DNA of 64,000 nt, from the NCBI GenBank assembly GCA_964106645.2, contig OZ067046.1. One strand, written 5' to 3'. The notes under the pieces are model-generated. The model was not told where the DNA came from. It did not search any database and saw only the letters and a list, made by a program, of their open reading frames with translations. The position numbers and the translations under genes are program-made. Each line of letters begins with the position of its first letter. Within the stretch, counting starts at the first letter, position 1. The stretch comes from Podarcis pityusensis (taxonomy: Eukaryota). Of the stretch, positions 12,901 to 27,200 are shown piece after piece.

Positions 12901-13700
12901 CAATTATAAAAAAAATAAAAATTCTTTCATTCAAAACAGTATAATTTCAGCAGAAATACCTAAGCTAGGGTTGCAGCTAAGTAGCGATGGGCAAATAGGT
13001 CCATGCTGTATTTTTCTCATTTTAAAGCTTGTTCCATTTGCCTGTCCATTTGCAATTTCAAAAACTGTACCAAAATTCTCATACATAATTCCATGCATAT
13101 TGCTCATAATATTTGTGTTGTATACAGTGATGCCTACTATCAACATAATATATGCAGACATTTTCCCTTACCACATTTTGTACATAGTTCCCCAGAGAGA
13201 TGTTTTGGGTGTGTGCTCTTTAATTAGAGAACTGCATCACAAAATTTGAAGCGGTTCAAATTTTGAAGGATAAGCTGTATTCCAGTTTGTGTATTTGTTT
13301 ATGAAGTGCAAATTAGGTGGGTTCACATGAAAATGCAAACTGAACCAATTTATCCCTCATCCCTACCCCAGATATGCACAACCTACGTCTCTGAAGCCTA
13401 GCAATTATCTCTTATTGCTCTGCTCCTGAGATAAATAGTTCCGCACTTGTTTCCTCTAAATGTCTTCAAGACATACTTATCCCAGCAGTTCAGTTTGTGG
13501 AGGACCTTTAAGGTAGTGAGAAAGCTTACATGGTACAGAGGAAAAAGTAGCCCTGCCTTATTTAACATGGCTGTTTGTCTGTCTGAGAAATATTTACCGG
13601 TAATTGCAAATCACCGCAAATGAGGCAACTCCTAGTTTTCAATATGAACCAGGCTTCTTTTCTGTGTTTCGTGACGAATCATAGAAGCGACATGATAATA

Positions 13701-13925
13701 CAGTGGTACCTCAGGTTACATACGCTTCAAGTTACATACGCTTCAGGTTACAGACTCCGCTAACCCAGAAATATTACCTTGGGTTAAGAACTTTGCTTCA
13801 GGATGAGAACAGAAATCGTGCTCCAGAGGTGCGGCGGCAGCAGGAGGCCCCATTAGCTAAAGTGGTGCTTCAGGTTAAGAACGGACCTCTGGAACGAATT
13901 AAATACGTAACCCAAGGTACCACTG
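13701..13925 (+). mobile_element. MITE family A copy 3
   Basis: TIRs and TA TSD; private 16-bp tandem duplication GTTACATACGCTTCA(A/G). Confidence 0.92.
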
Positions 13926-14501
13926 TATTTATGAATGCCCTCAAATATAACCATTCTATTAAACGTTGGTTCTGACCTACATTGTTGATGTTTCATCACT
14001 GATAAAATGAACTTGTACTTCTAATTGTTCTGAGACTACAAATGGTGGACATTCCCCAAAGACAACTTTCTATTAATAACACCACCGTATGTTTTCTTCT
14101 CGTGATAACACCAACAGCTGACAAGAATGTGGGCAGTCTTGACTATTTGCTTTAGTACTGCTGCATTCCATTCACATTTTTCTCATAGCACGTTTTCTTC
14201 AGCAGCACACTTAGAGAGGCTCCGCCAATCCCAAGATACTGCTTTCAGGAGTGAGGTGGTCTTCCCGCTAGTCTGACTATAAACAGAACCCTACTAACAA
14301 TTGATTTCATTTCAGATATTGAGCCTTTGCTGGCCCAATTTAATCTGTGTATGTCTTCTGCAAACATTCTGCCTTCTTACTGAGCTGCGCGTTTGGAATG
14401 TTTGTTATGTATACACTTTGAATTTTCAGAATTGCACCCAAGCACCCAACATTCAGTTTTATGAAATATACTAAACAAGGGAGGAATCTTGAGATGAAGG
14501 C

Positions 14502-14743
14502 AACCAGTGGATTCAAATTACAAGAAAGAAGATTCTGACTAAATATTAGGAAGAGCTTTCTGAAAGTCAGAGCTGTTTGACAGTGGGACGGACTTCCTTC
14601 GGAAGGTGGTGGACTCTCCTTCACTAGAGATTTTTAAACCGAGGTTGGACGGCCATCAGGGATTCTTTAGTTATGATTCTTACATTGCAGACAGTTGGAC
14701 TTGATGACCCTCGGTGGCTGCTTCCAGCTCCTCAATTCTATGA
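14502..14743 (+). mobile_element. CR1 LINE 3' fragment
   Basis: Decayed translation GFKLQERRF*LNIRKSFLKVRAV*QW…VVDSPSLEIFKPRLDGH matches the CR1 ORF2 C-terminus. Tail …ATTCTATGA. Confidence 0.88.
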
Positions 14744-15939
14744 GCCTGTGATTAATAGCCAGCTTCTGGATGGTAATTGAGCCAGGCTTTCAGCTTCTTC
14801 TTGCAAACAGCAGTGTGCAACACTCTTCCTTCTAATAGTGAAGGAAAAGCAAAATGAGTTTGTTTGCACCTGCAAAGGGCTTGGTTATCATTCATTTTGC
14901 AATAGGGAGTCAGGAAGTGGAGTGCAAAAATGGCCATTTATAGGGTGCAGTGAAAACTTGAGTTCATTTCTTTTATGATTATTGGGCACAGATAACATGT
15001 GATACTGTTAGTGCAGACAGCTGTTTCTGCTAAGCCCTCTAGCATGCAATATATAACAGTAACAGATGTAGTCTAGGATACCTTATGTCCATTTTTAAAA
15101 TTGTATCAACCCACTGCTTTTTTCCTTGTCTGCAAACCTTAAATCTGCCATGCTACATTGTTGACACATTTTCACAAACAGGATAAATAATTTTCTTTGC
15201 AGAAACATTTACATTGGAAATTTGAGAGTATTTTTGGAATCCTTTGATACTCTACCAGCACAATTAAATGATTCCTAAAGAAAAGAAAATTCTCACCCAA
15301 CCTAAATTTACTTGTTTAGTGGAGAAATTTAACTCTGGCACCAGTGCAACAGTTTTACTAGATCTTGTCTGCTGTTAAATTCAATTTGTATTTGTCAGAT
15401 TGTACTTCAGACAGTTATTAGTTGCTTATTATGTTTAAGTTGGTGCAAAGCTTTTATCGTTGCTGTGATTTCTCTTCATCTATATTTAAACTGGTACCAA
15501 TTACTGTCAAGTTACATTTTCATGGAAGCAGGGGATTTATTCCAAATTGTGATAATCTTACTGGTTTTATTTACTTAGACCTGTAAATTTGCTGTTAACA
15601 CATTGCAACTCTATCTTTCCCTATACCAGAAATTAAATCAGACCATGAAATACATGATTTGCAAAAGACAAAAAAGTACTGAATAAAGATGATAAAAGGC
15701 AAAATAAAATGTATAGATATTAGCATTAAAAGCACATAAATGTGTGAAATTATTACATTTGAAGATTAGTTGCAACAGAAAATGTTGTTGCATTGACTAC
15801 TTCCTGCTTTATGGTTTGTAGGTGAAATTAAAATAATGTGATGGAGTTAAATATCACTTTCCTGTCTTTATTATGTATAATGCAAGCAATATAGATATTG
15901 TTAATAGTTTATTCTTGTAAAGTGCTGTGAAGCCAGTAT

Positions 15940-16600
15940 AGTCTGCTTATTTTTCTTTACAATGATCCCAGAAAATCCATGTTGTGTGAAACCTCTGACA
16001 TTGACTGACTGGCCAAGCTGGTGTGGTGGCATATAATTTCCAGTTTCTCATGAAATTTACAGTTAGCAGTCTGGTTTCTATGAGAGACAGGAAAGTTGTC
16101 ATTTTGTTGACTTTACAAATTGTACAGAATCCTGCTGAGCAGTGGGAAAAGATCTCAGGATCCTGCGTCCACAAATTTGTTCCGCACAGTTGCCATAGTG
16201 AATTGCCTTCTCTTCTCTGGCAAGCACAGAGCTGAGCCTATACCACCTCCCAAAGATGGAGTTCCTGAGCTTTAGAAGGTAGAATATCTTCTCCACATGA
16301 AGTTGTGCTATGCTTCTGGGTTGTCAATCATATCTCAAATGCCCACATGATGACAGAGACAAGACCTTACCTCTTTGATAAGATTGATGACCAGCATCAA
16401 TTTTGTCGGGATACCAAGGCTAGTCAAAAATCTGAGGACCCCTGCCCTTGATACAGGGAAGCTCTCTGGCAAGGAGGCAAAGGAACCTAAAGGAAAGGAC
16501 AGTAGAGATTTATGCTTGAGAAAATGGTCAAAGAAGTTAGGAAATGGAGGGAAGAATATGCTTAACATCTAGAGAGGCTCTGCAATTCAAGAAGATTCAG
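15940..16600 (-). mobile_element. Possible highly decayed L1/Tx1-clade LINE ORF2 C-terminal fragment
   Basis: Minus-strand peptide …NFMRNWKLYATTP…SQCQRFHTTWIFWDHCKE resembles the RWY.TP and Cys/HIFW.C region of L1-clade ORF2. Boundaries are uncertain. Confidence 0.35.
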
Positions 16601-17385
16601 TCCAGTTCACGTTAGTGCTGCTTTGAATGTAACCCACTAACCTCACTCAATATAACCATCTCTTATTTGACACACCGTTACAAGTACCCAATGCAGCAAA
16701 GTTAGTTGGGTCCTCTAATAAGGATTCAAATCTGCTAGTTAGCAATCCAGTGAAACAGCGTAAAACAGAACCCGTAATTAAAAAGCAGAGATTCAAGATT
16801 GGAACTGGAATGAGTCATTTGATTTATTGATGTGTAATTCTTTATTTAAGGTAGGATTGGGAAACCTCAGGTGTGGGGGACAGACATGGTTTTTCAGGCT
16901 TCTCTTTTGAGCCTGTGGCTCTCCCTGGGCCCCACGCCTCAATGCCCTTGCTCCACACCCTCCTCAAGTGCTTTTGCCTGACAGGAAGTGTCCTTGAAAT
17001 GCGGTAATGCCTCTGATTTTATGTGTGTAGGAAACCACTGACTGACTGAAATGTAGCCTGTAAAAAAAGGTAAGAGGTGCTTCTGTTGCTCCACTTACTT
17101 TTGTCTCTGGCCATGCTCACTACTGACATGTCACCCCCAGAAGTTTGTTTATAAGGCAATACAGCCCTCACATCTTACCTGCATTGAGAAAGCACCCAAC
17201 TCACTTTCTATGCCAACTGAAGATTTTCCCTCTGTTTAACTTCCTGCAGCTCATCTACTTGTGAAATAGCATTTCTAAGCTCCATCTCATATTAACACAT
17301 GGGAGTAAACTTATAGTTACCAAGCAGGGGTGTGGGACCTTCAGCTGAGGGAGAACATCTGAATAAGTGTTGGTAGGCAGCAAGC

Positions 17386-17410
17386 AGAGAGAGAGAGAGA
17401 GAGAGAGAGA
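17386..17410. repeat. (AG)n microsatellite
   Basis: About 12 perfect AG units. Confidence 0.9.
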
Positions 17411-17618
17411 ATTTTTTTTAATTAAAAAAATACATTTTATATTGATCGGAACTGGATCAAGGGATGGAATTGCCAATCTTACATCGATTTTATTACTTAA
17501 ACAGACAAACTCATTTATGACATAGATTATTGATTACCTTAACCTGAATCAACATAATTATTGATTACCTTAACCCCCACTTTTTTCTCACCACATTTTT
17601 CTGAAACATTGCAACAAT

Positions 17619-18250
17619 CAGAGGTGTACCTTGGGGTTGGCCGCATTGGCCCTTGCCGACAGCGCAGGCCAGGAGGTGCAAAATCACTTCCCTCTAGGTG
17701 CTTCAGCAGAGGAATTTCTGTAGAGTTCCCTCTCCAGTCAGTCTGTAGTGGGGCTCCCCGTGAGGACACACCTGCTTGACTCTCTGTCCAGGGCTGATGT
17801 GGTTATGGAGAAACATCAGGTGAGATGTTTAATTTAGCACAGCCAAGTTGCTTTTCCCTGGTTTCTTTCCTACATTGACCAGTTTCCAGGACGTGCATGT
17901 TTACCCCAGAGAGCAATGACTATTGACTTGAGCAGGGCTTACTTCTGAGTACAGTGCGCAATCAGGTACAGCCTCCAAATTAGTGCCTTTCTGCTGGCGC
18001 CTTGTCGGAAGTAATGAAAAGGCAAGTGAGGTATTGCCAGAAGTTCCTGCCAGATTTAGGCTGCAGTCCTGTGCACCCACTTTCCTGGGAGTAAGCCCCA
18101 TTGAACTCAGTGGAGTTTACTTTTGAGTAGACATTTTTAGGATTGCGCTGTTAATTCCTAAGTTTGTCATTGTTGAACCATGTTGGGGTTTTTGGAGGGG
18201 GGTCCTACATCCCCTTGCCAAGGGTGCAGGGGAGCCTAGGTATGCCTCTG
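17619..18250. mobile_element. Non-autonomous hAT element with 8-bp TSD
   Basis: TIRs CAGAGGTGTACCTTGG and CCTAGGTATGCCTCTG (13/16 match). Flanks GCAACAAT (17611-17618) and ACAACAAT (18251-18258). Confidence 0.75.
18059..18150. mobile_element. Palindromic short repeat nested in the hAT element
   Basis: ggctgcagtcctgtgcac…gtaagccccattgaactcagtggagtttact…aggattgcgctg folds back on itself. A relative lies near 51100-51170. Confidence 0.55.
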
Positions 18251-21200
18251 ACAACAATGCTTGCAACTCTGAATCCACCATGACACTATTTTCATCTTTT
18301 CATGTTCTTTAGCATCTTTTCAAAAGAAAAACATAATTCCATTTATGCTGTTGATCTCAGTTTATCATCAAAACTGCTATGGTCTCACATGACTGTTACC
18401 GAGAAGGAGTTTGCACAAAAGTGGCACAGAGTTAAACTTGCCCCATATCAATTAAAGTGTTTGTAAACATTCAGTGATATTGAAGTACTACTACACTTAA
18501 CAGTCATGTGTGAGAGTCAGTTTATATCCTATAACCTGTGTGTGCCCAAGTTACATGTTATATTTGCATACTCTTTACTGCAAGGAGTTTAGGGTAAATG
18601 GAGTGTTTACAGGGGAGGGGGTAGCTTTCAGGTACTGCCAAGCCCTTCAGCCGTTAGACAGCTGGAAATCTGTCTAACCATGCAGAACATACTTCCAAAT
18701 GTGAATATTTCTGATTTTCTGTTTACATAAACACACTATAATAGCATGTGCTAATGTTTTAGCTGATTACGTGCTTTTCACTTGACTGTGGCAAGTTATA
18801 TGTTGAGCTGCTCTTCTATCAGTGAACATGTAGGGGCACTGTAGTACTATTTTTAAAGTTCCCTAATCTGCAGATATTGCCAGAATTGTGCCTGTTCTAA
18901 TGATTGAAGTAAATTAAGTACTGCAAAACCATATGTACGCTGTTGTCAATATTAGATTTTCTTTGATTGTGTTAGAGCAATTTTCTGTTGGTGTGACATA
19001 AGTATATATCTCTGTATTATTTATATGTTGACTGCCCAACAACAGTCTCTATAGGTGACTTAAAATTGAATTTTTACTTTCAACTGCTGTATTCTACTTG
19101 ATGTAACTTGGTTTGGTGATGGAGGGGAAATATGCCAATACAACAGAGGCTAATATGCTGTACAATTCAAAGATTTTCAAAATTAAGAGTGGCAATAAAC
19201 AGTACTCATATGTAATTAACATTCAGCATAAAACTCCAGATAAATCTTACATGACTCTAATTTAACACCACATTTCCAAGTATCATTGTGAATAAGGAGG
19301 TACAGGATTAGGTCTTCATTATGCTTTGCGAAAGTGATAGTATAGAGATGTCTATGATGTATTGATCACACCCAAATACATTTCTAAAGTACTGTAAAAA
19401 TTTAATGGACAAAAATAACACAGCATTAATTAATATGAATCATATTTGTTTCACAATTGTATCCACTTCTTTTTAATATTTCCTCCATGGAAAAATATTA
19501 TATCTAGTTTTGTTTCTCTTTGGCAGTGAATAGTTAAAATTTATTTTTGTTTTATAAAGTACAATCTCCCAGATGCTAAGCAGCCTTTGAGAATTTGAGA
19601 TTGTAGTTTGTTAGAGTTACCATGATGAATTGGGTTGCATATTTATATATGCTACGCTCCTATATTTAGAGTGTAATGAAAAATAATAAGTAAAGAAGTA
19701 CGGACTATGGAATACAGCGCTATATGCCTTGGAAATGATCCCTAGAATGAAATGTCCGACAGAGTTCATTAAAGAAACTACACTTTAAGAAGAAATTTTG
19801 TGGATTATAACCAACACGACTCATGGAGGAAACCCATACACTGCTTTCACTGATCTACTGCAAGGATAGGGAACTAGTTTCAGTCCAAAGGTGAGATTGG
19901 AATGTGGCCAACCATCTGTGGGCCAAAGGCAGAAGTGGGTGTGGCAGAAGTGTGTTCCCGATTGTTCCTTTGCAGTGTGGTTTAAATTTGGCAGGGATCA
20001 GATGAACTCAGGAGCACTAGAGACACTATTTGGAGTATAATTTAGTTGGAAATATTTGAGATGGGAAAATAGCTCCAGTTTTCTAATACAGATGATTTTA
20101 TCATTGTAATTTGGAGTTTTGTAACCTGCTTTGGATGGACTTTGCCTAGAAAAGCAGTATAGAAATAGGTTAAAATAGCTAACATTTTGAAATTTTACTA
20201 ATTTTGAAGTTTTACTAATACCTTGTTGATGTATGATTCACTAGCGAATGCATAGCTAAATGATGTAATAAGAGGAATATATTTTTTATAAACCGTATGC
20301 CCTTCAGAAACTATTTAGTCCATTCTCAAATTTCTGGGCTTGCAACATGCAGACAGAAAACAATTGTCTTGTTGGATCAGTCCAATTTGCATCTAATCCA
20401 GTATTCTGTTTCTAACACTGGCCTCTCAAAAATTCACAAGTAGAGCATGACGGTTATGGCTACCCTGTGGATAGCGGGGGAAGGATTCAGTGACTTACAT
20501 AGTTTGCCACCCCATGACTAAGAGAAAAATGGTATAAATATGCAACTTAAGCTAGTGTTGCATATAAATTACACACAATGTAGGATTTGGTTTACTTGGC
20601 ACTAAATTGTAGCTACTGTGTAACAAACTTTTTGGATTTCTAGTTGACCAACCAAGTTACCTGCAATCATGCATGGTTTTGAAAAGTCATTACAGCGGGA
20701 TCACAGTTTGGAAGGATACAGCTGTTTTAGCAAACCTTTTACTATACGAAAGGCTCTTTAAACTATTTTTAAAAGTTAACATTAGAAGATTGTAATTGCT
20801 GTTCAGCCCTCAATGAAGTGGCAAACTTTTAAATAAGAGAAATAATGTGTGCTAATTCATATGTGTTTCCCTTCTCATAGCCCCCTGTAGCTGATGGAGT
20901 GGTTTGTTAATGAATAGCAAACTTTCATTAACAAGTTGGTGTCTTTTTGGAAACACACTGAACTTGCAAATGATCAGAATGGCACTTGGCATATCATTAG
21001 TGCATCAGGAATAAGCTGTAGAAAATGTGAAGAATTGATTCATGCAGTTTAACAAAAGTACTTTAGAATTTAGGCTTTTCACTAGATGCTTGTGCCCCTT
21101 CTTGAGTCCCCCCCCCCCTTTCCTTTCTCTCCATTCTCTCGCTATCTGTACAGGCCCTTCTTTTCTTTTTTCCAAACCTCCCCCACCTCTGTTCAATGGC

Positions 21201-22965
21201 TAATCTGCAAAGTTCATGCTGCAACTGCTTCTTTGAGTGGGAGCGTTGTTCTGCCCATTTCGTACCAGCTTTGTTACTGTGCAGTATTTTTCAGCTGTTT
21301 GCGCTCATTATCATACAGCTGGTATTTAGAAGAGAGAGAGAAGCAGGCAGAAGCTGCACTGTCTGCAAGTATAAGAAGTTCTTTTGCAAGTGGGGTACTG
21401 GCAGATGGGGCATGTGTTTTCAACGGGTTTTGCTGATAACAGACTGCATTAAAAATCATTCTGAGAAAGTCTTAAGGTCAGCCCTATGAATTCAGAGCTT
21501 GAGAGGTATTCAGCTTTTGGAAGCCCTTTTTAGAATATTAATTAACCCAGCACATGAAAGTGACAAATGGCTTGTTTACATAACTGTTATTCCTCCTGCC
21601 TCTATTATACTTTTTCCATTTAATGGTTTTACTCTTTCAACATCAATTAATTTTTATCATACCATTGAGAGGCAAGGTATAAATATTTTAATAGGTAAGC
21701 GATAGCGGTAAATTTGGGAAGGAGCCCACAGGTCAATGGAAATGTATATGCTTTGCATGTAAAAGGGCTGCGCTTCATTCCCAAGCATTTCCATCCAAGG
21801 GATTTCACATAGCTGGACTAGAGAACAATTTTTTTGTCAGAGTAGATCATATTAGGCCAAAAGTCTCACTCATCCATTGGTATGTACATTTAGGGTCAGT
21901 GTTTCAGGTTGAAGTTGGATTTTAACTTAGGTTTATTTATGACGGGGCAGGGAACCTTTGGCCCTTTAATTTCTGTTGTCCCTGAGTACTGGCCGTGCTA
22001 ACTGGGGCTGATGGCAGTTGAGGACCACAGATTCCCCTCCTCTGATTTACACAAGCCACTTTCATAAATGATACCAAATACGTGGAAACAATGCTATTAA
22101 TAGCTATGTCATTTCTTCCCAAACAAATATTATTTGCATTATCTTTCTCAATACCATTCTTTACCCCCACATTCAGATTACTTATAACAGTTTTATTTCA
22201 GTTTTATCTGACTCCATAAGACTCTCTGTATTTATCATAGTCATTCAGGTATCTCACGTTGCCTAATTGCAGTCAGCGGACATCCTTTAGAAACATCCCC
22301 CCACAAAAAACATTCCAGACTGATATAAATGAAATGATTATTTAGATTAATAACATTAATCATTGTACTGATCATATTTGACTTATAAGTGATATGGGAG
22401 GTTGGAAGGTGGAAGGTTAAAAGATGCAAGCAATGACTAAGCACTACATTTAGTGCTCCTCAACTTTCTCACATTTTCAACAGGAAGCGTTACACGAGTT
22501 AAGTGAATCCCTTATAATTGTGTTGTCTTTAAATACATTGTTATCTGGTCTTTTGCATTAATAAAGCAGGGCAGAGGTAGAATTTGGCTGGCTATGGTTC
22601 ATGCAGATATATACCATTCTAAAAGCACTTCAGTCTCATCACCACAATCCTAGTATTGCATCTGATTTGTAGCACAAGATGCAATGGCCTCATTTACCAA
22701 AGCTGCAGGAGATTTGGCAAGCTTTTTTATGCATCCTTGCAGCTGTGGCCTCTTTCACATATAACCATGTAAGCTATGGTAAAGATTTGGTGAAAAAGCT
22801 CCCCGTCCTCTCATCTTTCAGCACATTATCAAGGAGGAAATCAGAAGCTCTTACTTTTGTTTTAAGTAACTGCAGTTTATCATTATTTAGAAACCTGTGA
22901 CAAACTGTGGTTAATCTTAACATTGGTTTAGGGAAACAAGTCAGCTTCAAAATCTTGCTTTATGA

Positions 22966-23097
22966 CCGGGTTGGGGAATCCGTGGTGCTCCAGAAGTTGT
23001 GAACTATAATTCCCATATCCCTGACCATTTATCATTGGCCTGCTTGCTAGGAGTGATAGTTGTTGGGATTCCAACAACATTTGGAAGGTCTAAGGTT
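22966..23097. mobile_element. Decayed fold-back MITE (hAT-like)
   Basis: ctccagaagttgtgaactataattccca…gggattccaacaacatttggaagg; same family as 55573-55703 and about 21942-22043. Confidence 0.55.
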
Positions 23098-24029
23098 ATT
23101 ATTTATTACATTTGTTGCTCACAAAACATATAAACCATGTACAAAACAATAGAAGAAAACACAATAAATACAAAACACAATAAATACAACTCTTAATAAA
23201 TAAAAGTGCAACCAAGCAACTTCACCTAGTAGCAAAAGTTGTATCAAAACTAAAAAACAACAGCTATACATCCCCCATACCCTCAGAAACACTGAAGAAT
23301 AATTGATCTACAGCACTGCTGGTTTATGATGCTGACCTAAGGTTGACCACAATTTTAGGTTTTTTGGGTTCAGACTTAATGATACCCATGGTTAATTGAA
23401 AACAAGTGAAATCTTCCTGCTTTTTAGCGTCACTTTAAGGGCAGCAGTGAGAAACATAAGGTGCATAGGTGCAAACTATTTTCAGATGCCTTGCTTGAAT
23501 TCATTTTTAGAAAATATTTATTGACTAAGGGTTGCACAAGTTAAATGTGCGTAAGTTTTGAGTCGACTGTATTCATGTCTAAGCACTTGCCATTACAAAC
23601 ATTGAGGTTACTATCCATTTTGTCTGTTTTCCTGCATATATGTTCAAGCTGAATTGGGGTAATGAAATTTCAAAGGTCATGTTCCACAAATTGTCTCTGC
23701 TCCCACCGCTACCCTCACCCCCCCACCCCCCCAAAAACAGTCCAGCCTACTTTTTGAAGGAATAGCAACTGCTAGGGGAAGGTATGAGTTCAGGTCCTCT
23801 GCGGAGTACAACCTGGTCTTCTCATCTTCTGTTTGAACACGTGGTGGTGGCAGCAAAGGTATACCTTCTGTAGTCCTTCTTAAACAATGATTTTAGGAAC
23901 CTGCATCCATTTTGTGCATGCATGTGAGTCTCACATCAACAGTTGAAAGCTACGAGACAAAGCAAAAAAGGTTAAGGGAAGTATTCATTTGATTTCGGCC
24001 CTTGAGTTGAGAGTGAGAAGCTCCTATTA

Positions 24030-24217
24030 TTACAGTATTATCATTACTGTTACATTTATATCCCACCTTCCCTCCAAGAAACTCAAGATGATGTACATGG
24101 ATCTCTTCCCCTCTCCCTTTATTCTCACAACAGCCCTGCAAGGTAGGTGAGGATGAAGACGGTGACTTTCCCATGATCACCCAGCAATCTTCATGGCTGA
24201 GTGGGGAGTTGAGCACC
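24030..24217 (-). mobile_element. Squam3-like tRNA SINE with L2-type tail, decayed
   Basis: atttatatcccaccttcctccaag…ctcacaacagccctgcaaggtagg…catggctgagtgggga; opposite-orientation relatives at about 28615-28820 and 62270-62462. Confidence 0.65.
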
Positions 24218-27200
24218 AGAAAGCAAAATCTTATTTATGCCATCAGAGGAACTGTTTGTATCATGTTAAACCACTAAAGAGACTCCCAGGCTTCTGAAGC
24301 AGTGAATATTTCTCTGTAGTGTCATTATGCATTGGGCCATTCAGTCCAAAAATATGTGCATAAGTAAAATTTGGCTCATACAAAGGCTTTGTAGATTTGT
24401 TGGGCCACATATTTCTGGTTGTGCAAAAATAGAACTGTAAACCAGGAAGCAACCAAAATATGTTGTGATCTGTAATTTGCTGTATTGTGTCACTGAGGAA
24501 AAAAAGAACATGGATTTTCAAATAATTTGAATTACTTTTTGTCCCACAATCAATAAGACATGAGTTCTGTAGCTTTCATCAGACAACCAAACAAAGGTAT
24601 TGATAAGTTGGTTAAATAATATGTAGTGTTCTTGTTTATGGGAAGCTAACCTTTATTTAGTTGATGTTTGCTTTCATTTAGAGAAAAGAATACATTGTTA
24701 CCGAAGTGTCTTTATTACAGAAGCAGAAAAGTGACGAGGCAGATACTTTTCTTCAGTCATTCCAAGTCATTACCCTTAGTTAATCTTGTTGTTATCCTTC
24801 CATTTCATTAACTTATTGTAAGAAGAAAGCAGTAGACTAGTTTTAAATCTCAGTTTCTGTCAAATGCAAAGCAGAATGTCATTAATTTGTACACGCATGG
24901 AGGACTGAAATATCCCTAATAATAGGCAATCCTGTCCACATGAAAAAAAGAAAAGAAAATTGGCTTTGAACCTTAGGGACTCATGCTATAGAAATGCTTT
25001 TCATTTGGTTTGAACAAATTTGCTTGCTTGATAACTCCAATTGTAGCCTCTGTCCATACAAAATTATATAGCAGGCACTGAATGACAATGGGTTAGGGAA
25101 ACTTGAAAGAACTTAATGTGACCTCCAGCATTCTAGAAATTCCTTTCTGATGTGTACAGATTTGGTGATGTCTCCAATTGGTTGGACAAGATACAAAACT
25201 TCAGGGTAGGTTGCGTCTTAATTTTTGCAGACAGAAGAAAGTTGTCATGGCAATAATTCAAGACAGACGATGGGTGTGACAGTGAAGAGAATTGTCTCCA
25301 TTCTTGTCTGCATGTATTTTCTGAGTACAAAAGGAAATACTATAATTAGACATATCTCAGCTAGGTACGTTGCTGGTAGATGTTCACAACTTCAGTATAG
25401 AGTTGGGAAGAGCTGGGCACCATATTTTATGGAATACTTCCAAGGCATTATAACTGCATATATTAAAATGCCCACGTAACCAAGAACTTTAATTTTTACA
25501 CTGTGTAGTAATAAGACATTATCATATACTTGGTGCTTAGTCCTGCATTTCATTATTGGCTTGTATTTTCAGCACACAGATGCAGATTTTGTAGTGCAAC
25601 TGTGTAGAAAGATGATCCAGTTCCCATTTAAAAGCAATTATGGGAAGAAATATATTTAGAGGAAACTGTCTTTCCCAGACCTTTTTTTCCCTTTTTTTGG
25701 TATTGATTCATTATGTCAAGCTTTATAAGTTACAATTGCAGGGGAAGGGGGAATATTACAAATTTTACTTTATTCCCAAGGCATTTTGAACACCAGAGTA
25801 ACTGCTTCACAAATACGATAGATTACCTCCCCACATGGGCTGTTTTAGATAGAGCACAAAAGCTGTGGTTTAGTGTTGTAAGAATGAGCCTCAGACTTGT
25901 TTCCTTCCCCTCTCCATCCCTGCTTCCTCTTTTAAAGTAATCATAGTTTCCCATTATAACCTAACACTGGGGAGGTCCAGTGGTTAGTTCAAAGAGGAAA
26001 GGATTGAATCGTGATTCTTAGAGCTCTCCACAGTTTGGACATAATGGAAAACTCTAGTTAGTTTGGAAGCACACACTTCCAAACATGCACTTTGGAGCAC
26101 GGCTCCTACAAACCCATTTGGTACTCTTCAATTGGTGGAAGATGAATCTGTGAAGCTCTCGATCACTGCAGCAGACTTTGAGTGCTATAATAGTATAATA
26201 CTATTTTGCTCAACAATGTGTGTGTTGCGGGGCCAGGGTGGTAGGAAGCTTGACCTTATTTAGAAAGATATGCTCACAATTTGGCGCCTTCACATAATCT
26301 CAGCAGTCTTCCTCCAGGCATTCTTTGTGATTGGAGTTAGCAAAGCATTCATCAAAGTTAAGGAAACTCATTACTAGAGTTTTAAAACATGGAGAGTCTC
26401 TCTCCCCCCCCCCCCCAATTTAGACATTATATGTGATGTATACTGAAAAGCCTTTTCTACATATGCAACTATAAATCCGGCGTCTGGCCTCTCAACCATA
26501 TGGGACGAGCTTTTTTGATTTATGTATACCACCTGAATATAAGTTCCCGAAATTGCTTGCCTCCCTACTGACTTACGAATTGTTGTCCTGCAATTTCTCC
26601 AAGAGCTCAATGCAGTGTAGGTGCTTCAGAATGAGATCAAGTGTGAATCAAGACAGAATGGGAAAAAAGTTGTTATAAAGTTGAATGACTGTTAGTTTAT
26701 AGCGCTTCCACAACCCTAGCAGGTTTGGGAATAATCCTGGATCCACTGTTTATAATCTTGTGCAGCAGCTTTCGCCAGAAGTGGTTTTCTGCCAGCTTCG
26801 TTCTACTTTATCCATCAACTGTTTTGTTTACCAGAGTGCAAGTCTCTGACAAGCACCATTTATTCTGAGGTAACTTCTCCAGTTAATTTCAGCAATGTAG
26901 TCTATCATGGGGCCGCCGTGGAAATAAAAATAAATAAATAAAGCATGTCTCCACAACACCTGATGAAAATGGGGGAAGTAGGAGCTTGTTCACTCAAGTA
27001 TCTGCAAGCTGCTTCCCAGTAGCTTCCAGCCCCAATTAAAAGTGATGGTGTTGGCCCATAAACCTTTTTAATGGTGTGGACCTAGCATAACTCGGAGTGC
27101 CTGTTACTCTGATGACTCGACAGGAGCGTTACTATAATGTTACTATAATGAATACTGCATGGAATATGTGTCCCTTACTGGATAGTGTCTGTGACAATTC

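Noticed and set aside
6847-13975. Two ORFs sharing RQQEAPLAKVVLQVKNGPLE, suggesting a paralogous peptide family
   Set aside because: Both are translations of MITE family A copies.
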